Source: Tubulanus polymorphus
Lineage: Eukaryota > Animalia > Nemertea
Direction of reading: 5' to 3'
DNA length: 64,000 bases
NCBI RefSeq assembly: GCF_964204645.1
Contig: NC_134028.1
Location: forward strand, 18,111,653-18,175,652
A program made the position numbers and the translations under genes. Under the pieces are notes generated by a model that was given only the letters and a program-made list of their open reading frames with translations, was not told the DNA's origin and did not search any database. This document shows positions 13,458 to 25,996 of the stretch, piece after piece (position 1 is the stretch's first letter; the number at the start of each line of letters is the position of its first letter).

Positions 13458-16188
13458 GTGAGTATCCCATATATCCCCTGAATCACATACCTAGGTAGGC
13501 CTATTAAATAATTTGCATAATGTGAAGTAGTTTGAGCTCTGCCAGTTGCACACTGCCAAGGCTTAGTTTTAACATCAGTCTAAGATAATCTTGCATCTAC
13601 ATGTATAGCCGTTTTAATAGCTTACGACCAGTGTTATGAATCAGTGCTGGCCATTTCAAATTTTATAATACTGAGATGATTTTTGGGTGAAACTAGTGTC
13701 TGCAGTTAACTTAGCATTACTCAGAAACTACTCAACCTATATAAACAGACTATATACCAAATTTGAGATATGAATCAGGGCTACATTTCAGAATAGTTTT
13801 CCATGGTTCAGATTGGTGTGTTGAGGTCATGTGACCAATGTCAGCCATCTATGATTCGAAATTACCATGGCAATTTCTGGAATAGCAGCCTGGAAAAATA
13901 GTAATCCTCAAAATAGAGCCATATTCCATATAGAAATGGATAACTAGACTTCTTTTCTATGATATGATGACCAAAGAAATTTATTTGAACGAAATGTTTC
14001 ATAGAAATATGGTACGGAAATATAGAACTCGACCGTGAACAATATCGTATTGGTGGGGTATCGTTTGATCTGGGTGACCCCTGGGCACCTCAGACTGCAC
14101 AGATGATGATAGAATCTGTCATTTGTATTCTTCAGAATCAATTTATGTAAAGATTGAGAAACAATTTTTGCGTTATTTACTTGAAATGAAATCCCAATTG
14201 CTTATCATATATGTATCTAGGTCACTAGGCCTAAGGTACCCCCTAGACCTATTGAAACAAAAAAATTATTGTTATCTGTAATCATCAATACCTTCATAAA
14301 CAGATTATCCCTCTCCTCAGGCCATGTCAGAGCGATTCTCGCCGTTGGAATTCAATTCAATATCATCTTTACGCTTCAGTGACTGTTAGTCTCCAATTCG
14401 GTGCCATTTTGCCTTTTATTTTACCACGAAACTTGTCAAAAGTTCATAAAACTTTTAAATTCACTCACAAAATCTACCGGAGCACCACCTGGTAGATGTT
14501 TACTACCACCAGGAAGCGTTCAAATACAATAGGGTTCGAGTCCCGACATAATAATCTAATGCAAAGTGACCCCATTCGGGGAATGGGGTGCGTACATTCT
14601 GCATATGTTTTACTGGCTTCCTGGAAGGTGGTGCGTACTGAAAGGGTTAAAACCATTTCAGGGGTTAAATCACAACTTTTTAACTAGGTTTTCATTTTAA
14701 TCTTGGCATACAACTCTAGAATTGGCTGTGTCCTTCAGTTTTGGTGCTCAAAAGTAAAATGTACTCAGTTTATTCTAATGGACCCATCGCTCTTTCTTGA
14801 CTCATGACTGAAACAACGAACAATCAACCAGATGGCAGCAGTCTTATTTTGTTATTAGTCAAAGCTTGGAATTGGGCATCAAATGCGCCAAAAACCCATT
14901 GAAATGTCAAAATTTCATAAAATTCCTTTACCTTTTTTTGTCCAAAAAGTAATTTTTGACCCGAATTCAGTGCGCTGTAGCTTCCTGATGGTTTACTTTT
15001 TAGCCCACTCAGGACCTTCGTCCCAGCAGGCTATTGCATTCACTTTTCGTCCGTCAGTTCGTAGACGGAAATCAGTTATTTTTGGAAGTTTTAAAGACGC
15101 TTCAATGTAATGTTTTGATATTTGGGTTATACATGCATCTACCCTAGGCACATCTTCAGGTCAAAAACTGACCCTGTCAGAATCAAGATGGCCGAGTGGC
15201 AGCCATTGTTGATATGCCAAAATCAGCACTTTTTATACATTTTTGAACTATTTGAGGGAAATTTTGAAGGCGCTTTGATCAATTGCGATGATCATTCATA
15301 TATATTTGAAAGCAACAATACAAGGGCCCATCAGCATAAGTAAAAATGGGTCAATTGGTCTCAAGATGGCTGTCCTATGACCATTGTGCCAAAAATGTAA
15401 GCTAAAGCCCAAATTCTGAGTCCTATAGCTTCCTACTGGTTTGCCATTTTTAACATAAATTAGTTTACTGTATGGAATGGGATCTTTAATACCTGTGACA
15501 GGTATATTTGATTTGCCAATTATCATGCAATTGGTAGCCATCTTAGTGTCATCAGTACTCATTCATAGGTGAAAAAAGTTTTTCCACATTATATTGATAC
15601 CTAAGCATATTTTGTTGCCATACTCCATAGCAAAGTTGTATCTCGTGACATATTCTTTTATTGTGGCGAGTTTCAAGGTCATTGGGTTTTGCATATGGTC
15701 ATTGGGGGCGTTGAATAGTAGAATAACTTAGTTTTTTCATATTATATTCAGTGTTACCAGTTTTTCGGAAATTTCTGCATTTCAGAAATTTTGAAAACCT
15801 GAAAACCATCTCCGGAATTTCCAGAAATTCGTCTCTCTGACCTGTCTATGATAATAAATAACGATTTTAACGATTTCTCTGTTTCTATTGTTGAATAAGG
15901 GAGCATATCAAAATTTCAGTAGTTCGTCAATTAGAATAACTTTCTAATTGGTTTTAACCCCTCCCCCTTTGATAAGACACATGCCAAAGTTGGAAATATT
16001 GATTTTCTAATGAGAGACCACAGACAAAGATAAGACATTTTCACGAGTGTTTATTAGGTCAGCCATTGGCTGAGCCTACTGTACAAAAGAATCGAATTTA
16101 AAGGACTTGGTTTCTAGAAGAAAGTCTTTTTCACTGTGCAACTGAGCATAGGCCTATATTCATACTAATCAATCCTTTTTACTTGTAG

Positions 16189-16264
16189 AATTCAAAATTA
16201 GGAGTCGTACAAGCTGTAGATCAAGACGGGACACATAGAAATCTTACCATTCAATTAATTGATG
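16189..16264 (+). CDS. Cadherin exon 3
   Basis: tttttacttgtag|AAT...GATG|gtatgt; 76 nt, phase 0/1; NSKLGVVQAVDQDGTHRNLTIQLID (AxDxD motif). Confidence 0.88.
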
Positions 16265-16354
16265 GTATGTAACAAATCCTGGATAATTTACTGGAAACAT
16301 GAAATTCAATTGTATTTTTTTCCAAAGATCTATCCCAATGGTTCATTGCTTTTT

Positions 16355-17870
16355 TAGCTCCGCTGTGACTGAAGGTCAGCGGAGATAGGTTAGGGGGTGA
16401 GTGGTCTTCGTCCATCCGTTTGTTTGTTTGATGCGTCTGTCAACTTTTTCTCCAAATTGCTACTAGTCCTACAGTTTAAATCAGATCAATTCTAAATTTG
16501 GTATGAATGTTCAATGGACCAAGGCCTATAAAGTCACAGAGCCATTTTTAGGCCAGCCGTAGGCTGAGCCTATTACCATACAAATGGAGTGAATTGTCAT
16601 GGTTACCGGAACAAATGCTCTTTCACTGTGCAACTGAGCATATATTCATACAAATCATTCATTAGAGTATTATCAGTTCTCCAAACCCTATGAAGCTGAA
16701 TTTTGAAAAAGGGCCACGTTAAAATTTATATGAGCTTTCTCGGGAAAATCTGAATGCAAAGATATCTGTTTTACAAAGCCAATCAGAAAGCAAAGACTCT
16801 TCTATGATTGGCTTCGTCTTTTACGTCCGCGTTTAATTTTATGATCTAAAATTGTATTTCAATATCGATTTATGTGAAATCTTTAGTTGATTTGATTTTT
16901 GGGGGGAAAAGTTTTATTTGCACTACAGAAATATCATTGACAATATGCAAAGTCGGGGAAAAATATAATTTCTCAAATCGGATGGATGACCTTGATATGC
17001 TAATTAGCCATGTGATCAAACTGCAAATTCAATCAAATTTTGTTTTGTAAAAGAATAAATCCAAATCCAAATACAATTTTACTTTCTTGGTCAAATAAAA
17101 CATCAAATCCAATTCAATTTTGTTTTATTGGGCAAATTTCAGAAAATTCGATTCTATTCCGCATTCAAATCAATAAGACCAATGGAAAACATTAATCTGA
17201 GGTATTTGTTCCTGCCAGCTCCAGTCCCTGTATGTGCTATTTATGAAAACAAAATTGTATTGTGCAGATTATTGGTATTGACTCATTATTATTGGTATTG
17301 ACTCAAATTATTGCTGTGTTTTGACAAATGCAACCCACAGAACGCATCATTTGCCATTTTATGAAAAGCTGACAGGCTGGCTATAGTGCCCCTTGGGGCT
17401 CTTGTTTAGATTTGTCCACCAGGAGGCGTCCCTGGGGTGGAGCTTCTATTTCTTTAAATTACTGCTAGTCGTACAGTTTTAATCAGATCAATGTCAAATT
17501 TGGTATGAATGTTCTATGGGCTAAGGCTTACAGATCTATTTTAGAATTTGTCCCTCAGGGTGGCCCTGTTGGGTTTCTATTTCTTCAAATTGCTACTAGT
17601 CTTACAGTTTAACAATTTATCAATTCCACATTTGGTATCAATGTTTGTTCTTAAGATTTTCCCCAGGGGGTGCCCCTATTTCTTCAAATTGCTACTAATC
17701 CTAGTTCTTAATCAGATCAATTCCAAGTTAGGTATGAATATTATTTGGACCAATACCTTCAAAGCACAGAGCCCTTTTTGGATTTGGCAACAAGGGGGCT
17801 CCCGTAGGTATGCAACTTCTATTTCATTAAATCACACAGTCGAGCTATATAAGCTGATAGGCTCCTTGTT
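16355..17870 (+). mobile_element. HINE-like element, family D, with family A nested at 16549-17406
   Basis: 5' TAGCTCCGCTGTGACTGAAGGTCAGCGGAG, 3' CACAGTCGAGCTAT...CTTGTT; nested A copy TAGGCCAGCCGTAGGCTGAGCCTA ... GGCTGGCTATAGTGCCCCTTGGGGCTCTTGTT inserted in a T run. Confidence 0.6.
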
Positions 17871-18049
17871 AAACATTTGATAGTGATAAATTTCATCAAT
17901 TTATTTGATCTTTGGATGTCTCCATCATGTTTCAGCCATGTTTTGATTTATTTTTGATTCTTTAAGTGTGACTTAATTATGCGTGTGAATAGTATGAGCT
18001 ATGTAAAATCAGTTGCGTAATGCAGTAGTTAATTTTATTTCTGGTTCAA

Positions 18050-18623
18050 CCCTTTAACCGCGGCAATTGGTCGCTGATTTGAATAGACCAGCTATAGTGA
18101 ATAGGATAGTCAAGTATTGATTTCAGTGAAGCATACTTATTCATTTTCCTGTGAGCAGATGGCGACACTGGACGGCCTACAATGTCTAACAAAGCCGGAA
18201 AGTGATATATCATAGGCCTACATTTGGCATGTAGTAGGGGATATAGAAACCATGTGTCACGTGGGTCAGATTTCTGAAGTTGTGAAGATCGTTAGTAGTA
18301 ATGGCCAATGCACAAAAGACGTTCTCTAGTGAGTTTTAAAGATTCTGATGATAATTCGTATTGGGATGAATCTGATGACTGTGCTTGATTATGGATAGCC
18401 CTGGAACTCTGGATGACCTTGGGATCTGTGACCTTGGGGCCAGACCCTGAAGTTAACCCCCAAAGTTTGCACACTTGGTACCTTTCGAAAGCTTATGAAA
18501 AGAGCTTTTATAAAATACATATGATATGGGGTTATCCCTCCTAAGACACCCCTACTAAGTTATTCAGTTTTCCCCTCGCAAGGTCCAAAATCACACACAG
18601 GCCAAAAAATACCGGTTAAAGAC
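18050..18623. mobile_element. Degraded piggyBac-type MITE
   Basis: TCAA|CCCTTTAACCG ... CGGTTAAAGAC|TTAA. Confidence 0.45.
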
Positions 18624-18775
18624 TTAATTATATTACTCATCAGATTAACATATGTTTGCCGTATTAAGCTGCCACAAGTTTTTGTATGCAGCACAAATAA
18701 GTTATAACAAGCCTTGATATGTCCTAAATTTTGAGAAAACCCACTTCATGTTTTAAGTTGTATATATTTTATTAG

Positions 18776-18906
18776 ATGCAAATGGATTCTTTCGTATTGG
18801 AACTAATATCAGTCGTGATCGAAACAATGGAATTCACACAGCCGACATTATATTGAATAAACCACTGAATAGAGAAATAAAAGATCATCACAACATCCGA
18901 TTTAAG
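18776..18906 (+). CDS. Cadherin exon 4
   Basis: ttttattag|AT...TTTAAG|gtaata; 131 nt, phase 1/0, matches exon 3; (D)ANGFFRIGTNISRDRNNGIHTADIILNKPLNREIKDHHNIRFK (LNRE = LDRE variant). Confidence 0.88.
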
Positions 18907-20616
18907 GTAATATCCTGTCAATCAGTGTTCTACTTCTACTTTAGAAGTCGATAATTCAATGATAAGACATTTACCCATCATTTACGTAGAGGCCTAGAAT
19001 GTGATGAGGAAAAACATCGTAGACAGAGTCTTGCTAGTAAAACCTTCATGTTCATGTGCACATTGACTGCCCTGATCATTTTTAGGCCAGCCGTAGGCTG
19101 AGCATTTTACTATACAAATGGAGCGAATATAAATGACATGGTTTCCTGAGGAATGGCCCTTTTACTCTGCAACTGAGCATATATTCATACGAAGCATTCA
19201 TGAAAGCATTATCTATTCTCCAAATACATAGGGAGCTAAATTTTGAAAAAGGCCGGGGTAGCGTAAAATTTACATGAGATTTTTCTTCAAAAATCTGAAG
19301 GCATGAATATCAGTTTTAAAGAGCCAATCAGAAAACAACGACTCCCCCAATACTGTTTTATTGCCGGGTTTTATTAGGGTTTCTGCTGCTTTCACAGAAA
19401 CCCTATTGTAATTCTGCTGATTATTATCATTATACAAATGGAGCGAATGTAAATGACATGGTTTCCAGAGCAAAGGCTCTTTGACTGTGCAACTGAGCAC
19501 ATATTCATACAAATCATTCATTAGAGCATTATCCGTTCTCCAAACCCTATGAAGCTGAATTTTGAAAAAGGGCCTCGTCAAAATTTATACAAGCTTTTTC
19601 GCGAAAAGCCAATCAGAAAGCAAAGACTCTATGATTGGCTTGTCTGCAGAGATCAGCAGGTGTTCACGTGAACCCGGGGTATGGTCTACCGTTTTACTTC
19701 TGGGTTTTATTTTAACATCTAAAATTGTATTTCAAGATCGATTTCTGTGAAATCTTTTAGGTGAATTGGTTTATTGGAGGCATATTTCTATTTGCGCTTG
19801 AGAAATATTGACAATTATGCAAAGTCCGGGATAAATAGCTTTTTTTCTCAGTCAATAAGCTCGATTAATGAGACCGATTGTGCAATTCTCAATATTAGTA
19901 AAAATTGCAGTCTTTTCACTGCTAGTGGTTTTTAGCCCACTTGGGACTTTAGTCCCAGTGGGCCATTGCGTTCACTTTTCGTCCGTCCGTCCGTAGACGG
20001 AATCCAGTTATTTTGGGAAGTTTTGAAGACGCTTCAATGTAATGTCTTGATATGTGGGTTACACATGTATCTACCCTTGACACATCATCAGCCCAAAGAC
20101 TGGCCTTGTCAGAATCAAGATGGCCGATTGGCAGCCATTGTTGTTTGCCAAAATCAGCACTTTTTACACATTTTCATGGGCTTGCATGCTTGCAAGCCAG
20201 TATTGCTATCACACGGATTGATAACTTGCTTGGGGAGTCGATAACTTTCGTTAGAAACTTTCTTGGGCTCTGATATTTACACACATTAAATGCAGTGATA
20301 AAATCTAGGTTCCTTTTGTTTATTGGCTATATCGGTTGTCGTTTTCATTTTTTTATGATTTTGTTTAATCGTTTTTGTTATTTCAGCAGTGCATACCAAC
20401 CTTGGTTGAGCGTGCGTGATCAGTCTTGAAATTGGTATTCATGCGCGGCGTTGTACTGCCGACAATTCAATTCATTCTTTATTGACAATTAAAATTTCAC
20501 AATAAAACATTTACTTTCACGTTTTTAAAAATTCTTTTAATTTTCTTTTACTTTCATTGGGTGCTTGCATTAGCGGCCATTTGAAAAATCTCTGTATGGA
20601 CATTCATATTTTTTAA

Positions 20617-23238
20617 CCCTTTGAGACTGAAAGGCCGGAATACCGGCCCATTTACCTTTTACTATATACCGAAAGGCCGAAATACCGGCCCATTATGTGG
20701 GACTCGAAACTACTGCCGTTTTTCAGCGGGGAATTCCATAATGACGTCAGCAAAGGTGTTTCCCGAATGTTTCAAGAAAATTCCGGAATTTTTTCAAGTT
20801 TTTGGTGAAAATAATGGATAAAAAACAATTATCAGTGAGTCAAGCTTTGCAGCTTGTGATAGACGATGATGATGAGGATTTAGACCAGGAAGATTACGAA
20901 CACGAAAGTGATTTTGACACAGAAGATGAGAGTTTTGAAGAAGGTACGTTGACGTTAGTTGATAATTCATCACAAAATGACAATAATTATGAATCAGGTA
21001 GTGATAGAAATGGACCGGACATTGACCCTTTCCCTACCACTGCGGCTTCTCATACGAACAATATTATGGACAATGTTGTACCAATGTTGTAGAGCTGTGA
21101 ACAGACCTACTCATGATGTCAGCAGCAGTGATGATGAACTGTCTAATTCTAATAAACAACTACATTCATCTACTCCTTCCCATATTCATCCAAGAAGCCG
21201 TCCTTTAGGAAGGGGAGTCGGCGCTCGAGTTCGGTCACGATCTCCGATAAATTACCACGTGTCAAGTGACACTGACAGTGAACCTGTAGGCCTACGTGTA
21301 CCTCCTATCAACCAACAGCAGCGTGGACGTGGTCGAGCAGTTAGAGGTCAGTGTGGCAATCAACGTGGTGGTCAGATAGGTAGAGCTGGAAATCGAGGGG
21401 CGCGTGGGGGCCGTGCCCGCAGGCGTCGTCGAGCTGGTGGCCATATTGGTAATCGTCAACCAATAATTGATAATTGGATAGAAAATGTTGCTGCTCATAA
21501 TGAAATTCCTTTTACACCTTTGGAAATCCCTGGAGTGAAAAATATCCCTGACACCATCACTGCTGAAAGTTCACCAGCTGAATATTTAGATTTAGTATGG
21601 GACAATGAATTGTGGCGCCTTTTCAAAGCCGAAACAAACCGTCAAGTCAGACGCATAAAAGCGGCCAGGCCTACATTTTATCATGCTAAAACCTGGCATA
21701 GTGTGACCATAAATGAACTAAAAGCATTCTTTGGCCTGGGAATAACCATGGAATGCCTGATTTATAAAAATCGCTATTCTGATTATTGGAGACAAAAAAG
21801 TTGGCTTTTATCAACCCCCGGCTTCAAAAAAGTTATGAGCAGGGATCGATTCCTAGCAATATGGACTTTTCTACACTGTGTAAATGAGGAAGACCCCACC
21901 CTCAACAAAGATGATAAAATCTATAAAACTAGAGCAGTGCTGGATTATTTGTTGACTAAGTTCAAGAATTTTTATGTGCCTGGTGAAAATGTTTCCTTAG
22001 TCGAGGGCATGATCCCGACGAAAAATCAAAATCGACTCTCAATAAAACAATACCTCAAAGACAAGCCTGTAAAATGGGGTATAAAAACTTTTTTATTGTG
22101 TGACAGTGACAATGGATATATTTTAAACGTGGAAGTATATACAGGTGCACAAAATGATCCTGAGGATGTGGAAGTTCTCGGCGCAACCGGGAATTTAGTT
22201 CGACGTCTTTGCAAACCCGTTGCGAACCATGGTTACTGCGTATACGTGGACCGTTTTTACAGTAGTGTTTTCCTTAGCAAACATCTTCTGGACAATATGA
22301 ACACTCGTATTGTTGGAACTACAATGACAAACAGAAAGAGATTTCCTGTATGTATCAAAACAGTGAACGACTTAGCACGTGGTGAATATAAGCGCCGTTT
22401 CAACGGAAAGGTAGCCGCTCTTGTGTGGATGGACAAAATGCCAATCCACTTCCTCTCTACTGCTCATGTAAAATCTCCTGACACTGAAGTAAGGAGATAC
22501 ATAGCTGCAGAAGGAGGCAGGGTTCAATTCCCTGCTCCTAGTATAGTAAAAAAATATAATATGCACATGGGAGGAGTTGATCTCAATGACCAACATACAA
22601 AGATGGTCAAGTGCAGACGTCATTACAGATGGCCGCGTAGACTTATGGTCAAATTTATGATGTGGGCCATTTATAATGCATACATACTCAAAAGAAAGAC
22701 CAATCCATCACCAGTAGCATCCTATTGCTTCCATGATTTTGTTGATGAACTCTGTCATGATCTTGTGAGTGATCATGTTGCAAATAGGGACGAACCTGTT
22801 CTCGGTCAACGTCGCGAGCATGAACACGATCTACAAAGACCGAATGCTGGACAACATTTTCCTGAAAGGGGAACAGAGGCTACAATCGTTGTGTTGTTTG
22901 TGATGAACGATATATGCGTGCAAAAAGGAATGGGGATGAAAATCTACCTAAAAGACGCAAAACTGTATATAGGTGTATGTTATGTAACGTTTTTCTCTGT
23001 ATCGGCACTGAAGCTGAAAACTGCTTCCGAAAGTGGCATTCACTTCAAAGATACTGGGAGTAGGGTGAGTGTTTGATATGTTTTTTGAGAAGCTTACTTC
23101 CTGTACTGTCTAATAAACTTTATTTCATGTAGATATCTTTATTAGTTAAAATTTTACAGCTATTTGAATATAGGGAATTTTTGCCCCCGAAGCCGGGTAT
23201 ATAGTAAAAGGTAATATCAAACGTCAGGGTTCAAAGGG
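20617..23238 (+). mobile_element. piggyBac DNA transposon, near full length
   Basis: TTAA|CCCTTTGAGACTGA ... TCAGGGTTCAAAGGG|TTAA; subterminal direct repeat GAAAGGCCG.AATACCGGCCCATT twice; transposase inside. Confidence 0.95.
20814..23063 (+). pseudogene. piggyBac (PGBD4-like) transposase, frameshifted
   Basis: Acidic N-terminus MDKKQLSVSQALQLVIDDDDED; MSRDRF, KPVKWGIK, VYVDRFYSS, YNMHMGGVDLNDQ; first catalytic Asp reads V (SLVEGM); frameshifts near 21090 and 22882; C-terminal RCVVC...YRCMLCNVFLC...CFRKWH in another frame ending TAG 23063. Confidence 0.93.
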
Positions 23239-25813
23239 TTAAATATCTAAAACTTAAAAACCGCTTTTCTGTTAGATAAATTCTGAATTGAATTGAATAC
23301 TGGTGCCCTGTCTCCAAAGAGCCAGGGGACGGTAGTCTATGGTGGCAATAAACTTTATCGGATGATCGTAGTGGATTGTCATTTGAAGGAAAGGCAACTT
23401 ATTCTTTCTTAATGTCTTTATTATTTTAAAAAGAAAAATCGAGGCTCCTATCTATTTTTGTGTTTGCTTCTCTTCACCTGAAGTCACTCGAGTTAGTCAC
23501 GTTTTTTCTTTCGGTTGTAAATGTTTCTATGCAAAATCATTTCAACACAATCCGATAAGTAATCTAGCAATTATCAACATGATGATATATTCCGTTAAGA
23601 CACTACAATATTCAAATAACAACTATCCAAAAGCTTGCAACTTGGTCCACGTCTAAAATAAAACCATTCCGATTCCCAGTCCCTGTGTGTAACATTTCAT
23701 GTAGTGATGAAAGACAACACTGATCTCTTAGCTCGATCTTTAAAAAGTAATCAGTTCAAAGTTTGATTAATTCTAATACAGAAATAAAAACCACCAAGCA
23801 AGCTTTCAGTAAAATCACGTCAGCAAGCCCATTTTTAGAATTTCTTTCTTGTTGAACGTTTTTAGGGAAATTTTGAAGACGCTTTGATCAATTACCTTGA
23901 TCTTTCGTGTATATATTTGAATCCGCCAAGGGCCCATCAACATAAGAAAAATTGGGTTAATCAGACTCAAGATGGCCGTCCTATGACCTTTTTAGTGGCC
24001 AAAAATGTAAATTTAAGCCCAAATTCTGAGTCCTGTAGCTTCCTACGGGTTTGCCATTTCTCATTGCAATTTGTGATGGGTATTCTTTGGAAAGGGATGT
24101 TTTATACCTGAGACATGTATTTTTGATCAGCCAATTATGGCGCAATTGGCAGCCATCTTGGTGTCATCAGTACTCATTCGTAGGTGGGAAAAAGTTTTTC
24201 CACATTACATTGATACCTAAGCATATTCTCAGTATTTCACAGTGTTACCACAATATATTGGAAAGTTGTAGCTGGTAATGTTTTCTATGATTTTGGTGAG
24301 TTTCAAGGTCATTGCTTTTTGTATATGGCCACCAGGGGGCATTGAATAATACAATAACTTAATATTTAGGTTTTTCTGTTATTTCACGGAAAACCCTATT
24401 GATATCCGCGTGATTATTATTAGGGTTTTCTGTTACATCACAGAAAACCCTATTGAGATTCGCGTGTTTCTTCTTATTATGTCATTTTATGTCACACTAT
24501 TTTCACTAAAAGAACTAAGGCTTTGTTACCTTGCTGCTGTTGTCGATACAATCCGTATGATATCGTTCAGCTCACTGAGATCTACAAATGCTCCGCATGT
24601 TTTTTCATGAATCATCGTTACAAAAGCACTGTCGGGCCGTAAACATCTAAAATTTAGCCCCATTCAATGGGGCGACATGTTTTTCGAGTCGTCATCCCGA
24701 AATCAACCCGCAGGCCGATAGTCACTTCGATTATCAATTCAAGTATAAATGAACTAATTTATTGCCGCGGACTTCACATTCAGCCGCGGTCTTCAAAATT
24801 TTAACAATAGCCCATTTTCCTCATCAAATCATATTACCGATACACTGGAAATTTACTACTTTCGATTTTAAAAGCACTTTCAAGCCGTAAACATCGACGA
24901 ATCGACGTGTGTCACTACATCATCATTCCGGGGATCAGCTGCGAGTTTCTCCTCATCATGAAAATCAAATCGAGTACAAATTAATTTATTACTACCAGTG
25001 ATTTGGCTGTGGGTTTCAAGGAGTTAGTTTAACAATACCTATTTTACTTTACCAAATTAACCGTGTATTTACTAAAATAAATCTTTAGTGTACCGGGGAG
25101 TCGTAGGCCTAACCTAAACACGCCGAAGACATATAGCGGAGAAAAGCTGTTATGTCGACGAGGTATCAAAATAAAAGAATATATCACTTTATTCGGCCGC
25201 GGGCTTCAACCTCTATATCAATACCATCAATATACTCTATATTTCCTACAGTACATACCGATCATTGTCAAATGCACAACGTTTTTACTAAATACAAGTA
25301 TATAACACACTCCTATCCGTATGCTGGACTCACACTTGACATTCGGAGTAAGCGTTCGCTGTGGGGGAAAGGGGATCGTTCGCTGTGTCGCTTGAAGTGT
25401 TTATCGAGTTTGACGCGGCTTTAGGCCTACCGGTACTGAGATTTACTGTCTCAAACAAACACAGTATAATTGTTGCGTTTATTAAAGGACTCATTGGATT
25501 GAACTTCAAAACAAAATTTACGATATTTAGGTGGGTTGTTATTCAATAGGCCTACGACTAATCTGTCCGGATGTTAGGCCTACGCATATACATAGGCCTA
25601 CATAGGCTAGTAGCCTCTACTAGGTTAAGCGTTCGCTGTGGGGGAAAGGAGATCGTTCGCTGTGTCGCTTGAGGTGTTTATCGAGTTTTACGCGACCTTA
25701 AGGCTTTAGAATGGTGGCTGATAAGGGTCATGCGTAAAAAAAACATGAATATGCAAATGAGGCGACATTATGACAAAACGACAAAACTAAAATAACACGA
25801 CAAAACTAAAATT

Positions 25814-25996
25814 TTGGTTTTGTCGCCCGCGACAATTCATTATTTTGGTTTTATCGCCCGCGACAATTCATTATTTTGGTTTTATCGTCGCGACAATTCA
25901 TTAATTTGGTTTGTCACCCGTGACAAATCAATATTTTGGTTTTGTCGCCCACGACAATTCAATATTTTGGTTTTATCGCCCGCGACAATTCATTAT
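25814..25996. repeat. 31-bp tandem repeat array (left part)
   Basis: Unit TTTTGGTTTTATCGCCCGCGACAATTCATTA, ~6 copies. Confidence 0.95.

Larger units (their letters stand above)
20176..23853 (+). mobile_element. HINE-like element, family E, inserted in a family B copy and hosting the piggyBac
   Basis: 5' ATGGGCTTGCATGCTTGCAAGCC, 3' GCAAGCCCAT...CTTGTT; family B sequence (starting ~19932) breaks at ACACATTTT and resumes at GAACGTTTTTAGGGAAATTTTGAAG. Confidence 0.55.

Noticed and set aside
13271-13486. Minus-strand 71-aa ORF
   Set aside because: Antisense shadow of cadherin exon 2
14400-14650. piggyBac-like right end CTGAAAGGG|TTAA (also at ~54217-54229)
   Set aside because: A matching left terminus could not be found by eye, so no element boundaries are supported
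20944-21104. Possible intron explaining the piggyBac frame change near 21090
   Set aside because: Candidate donors (20944, 20998) are phase 1 while the candidate acceptors (21092, 21104) need phase 2; a frameshift mutation is simpler
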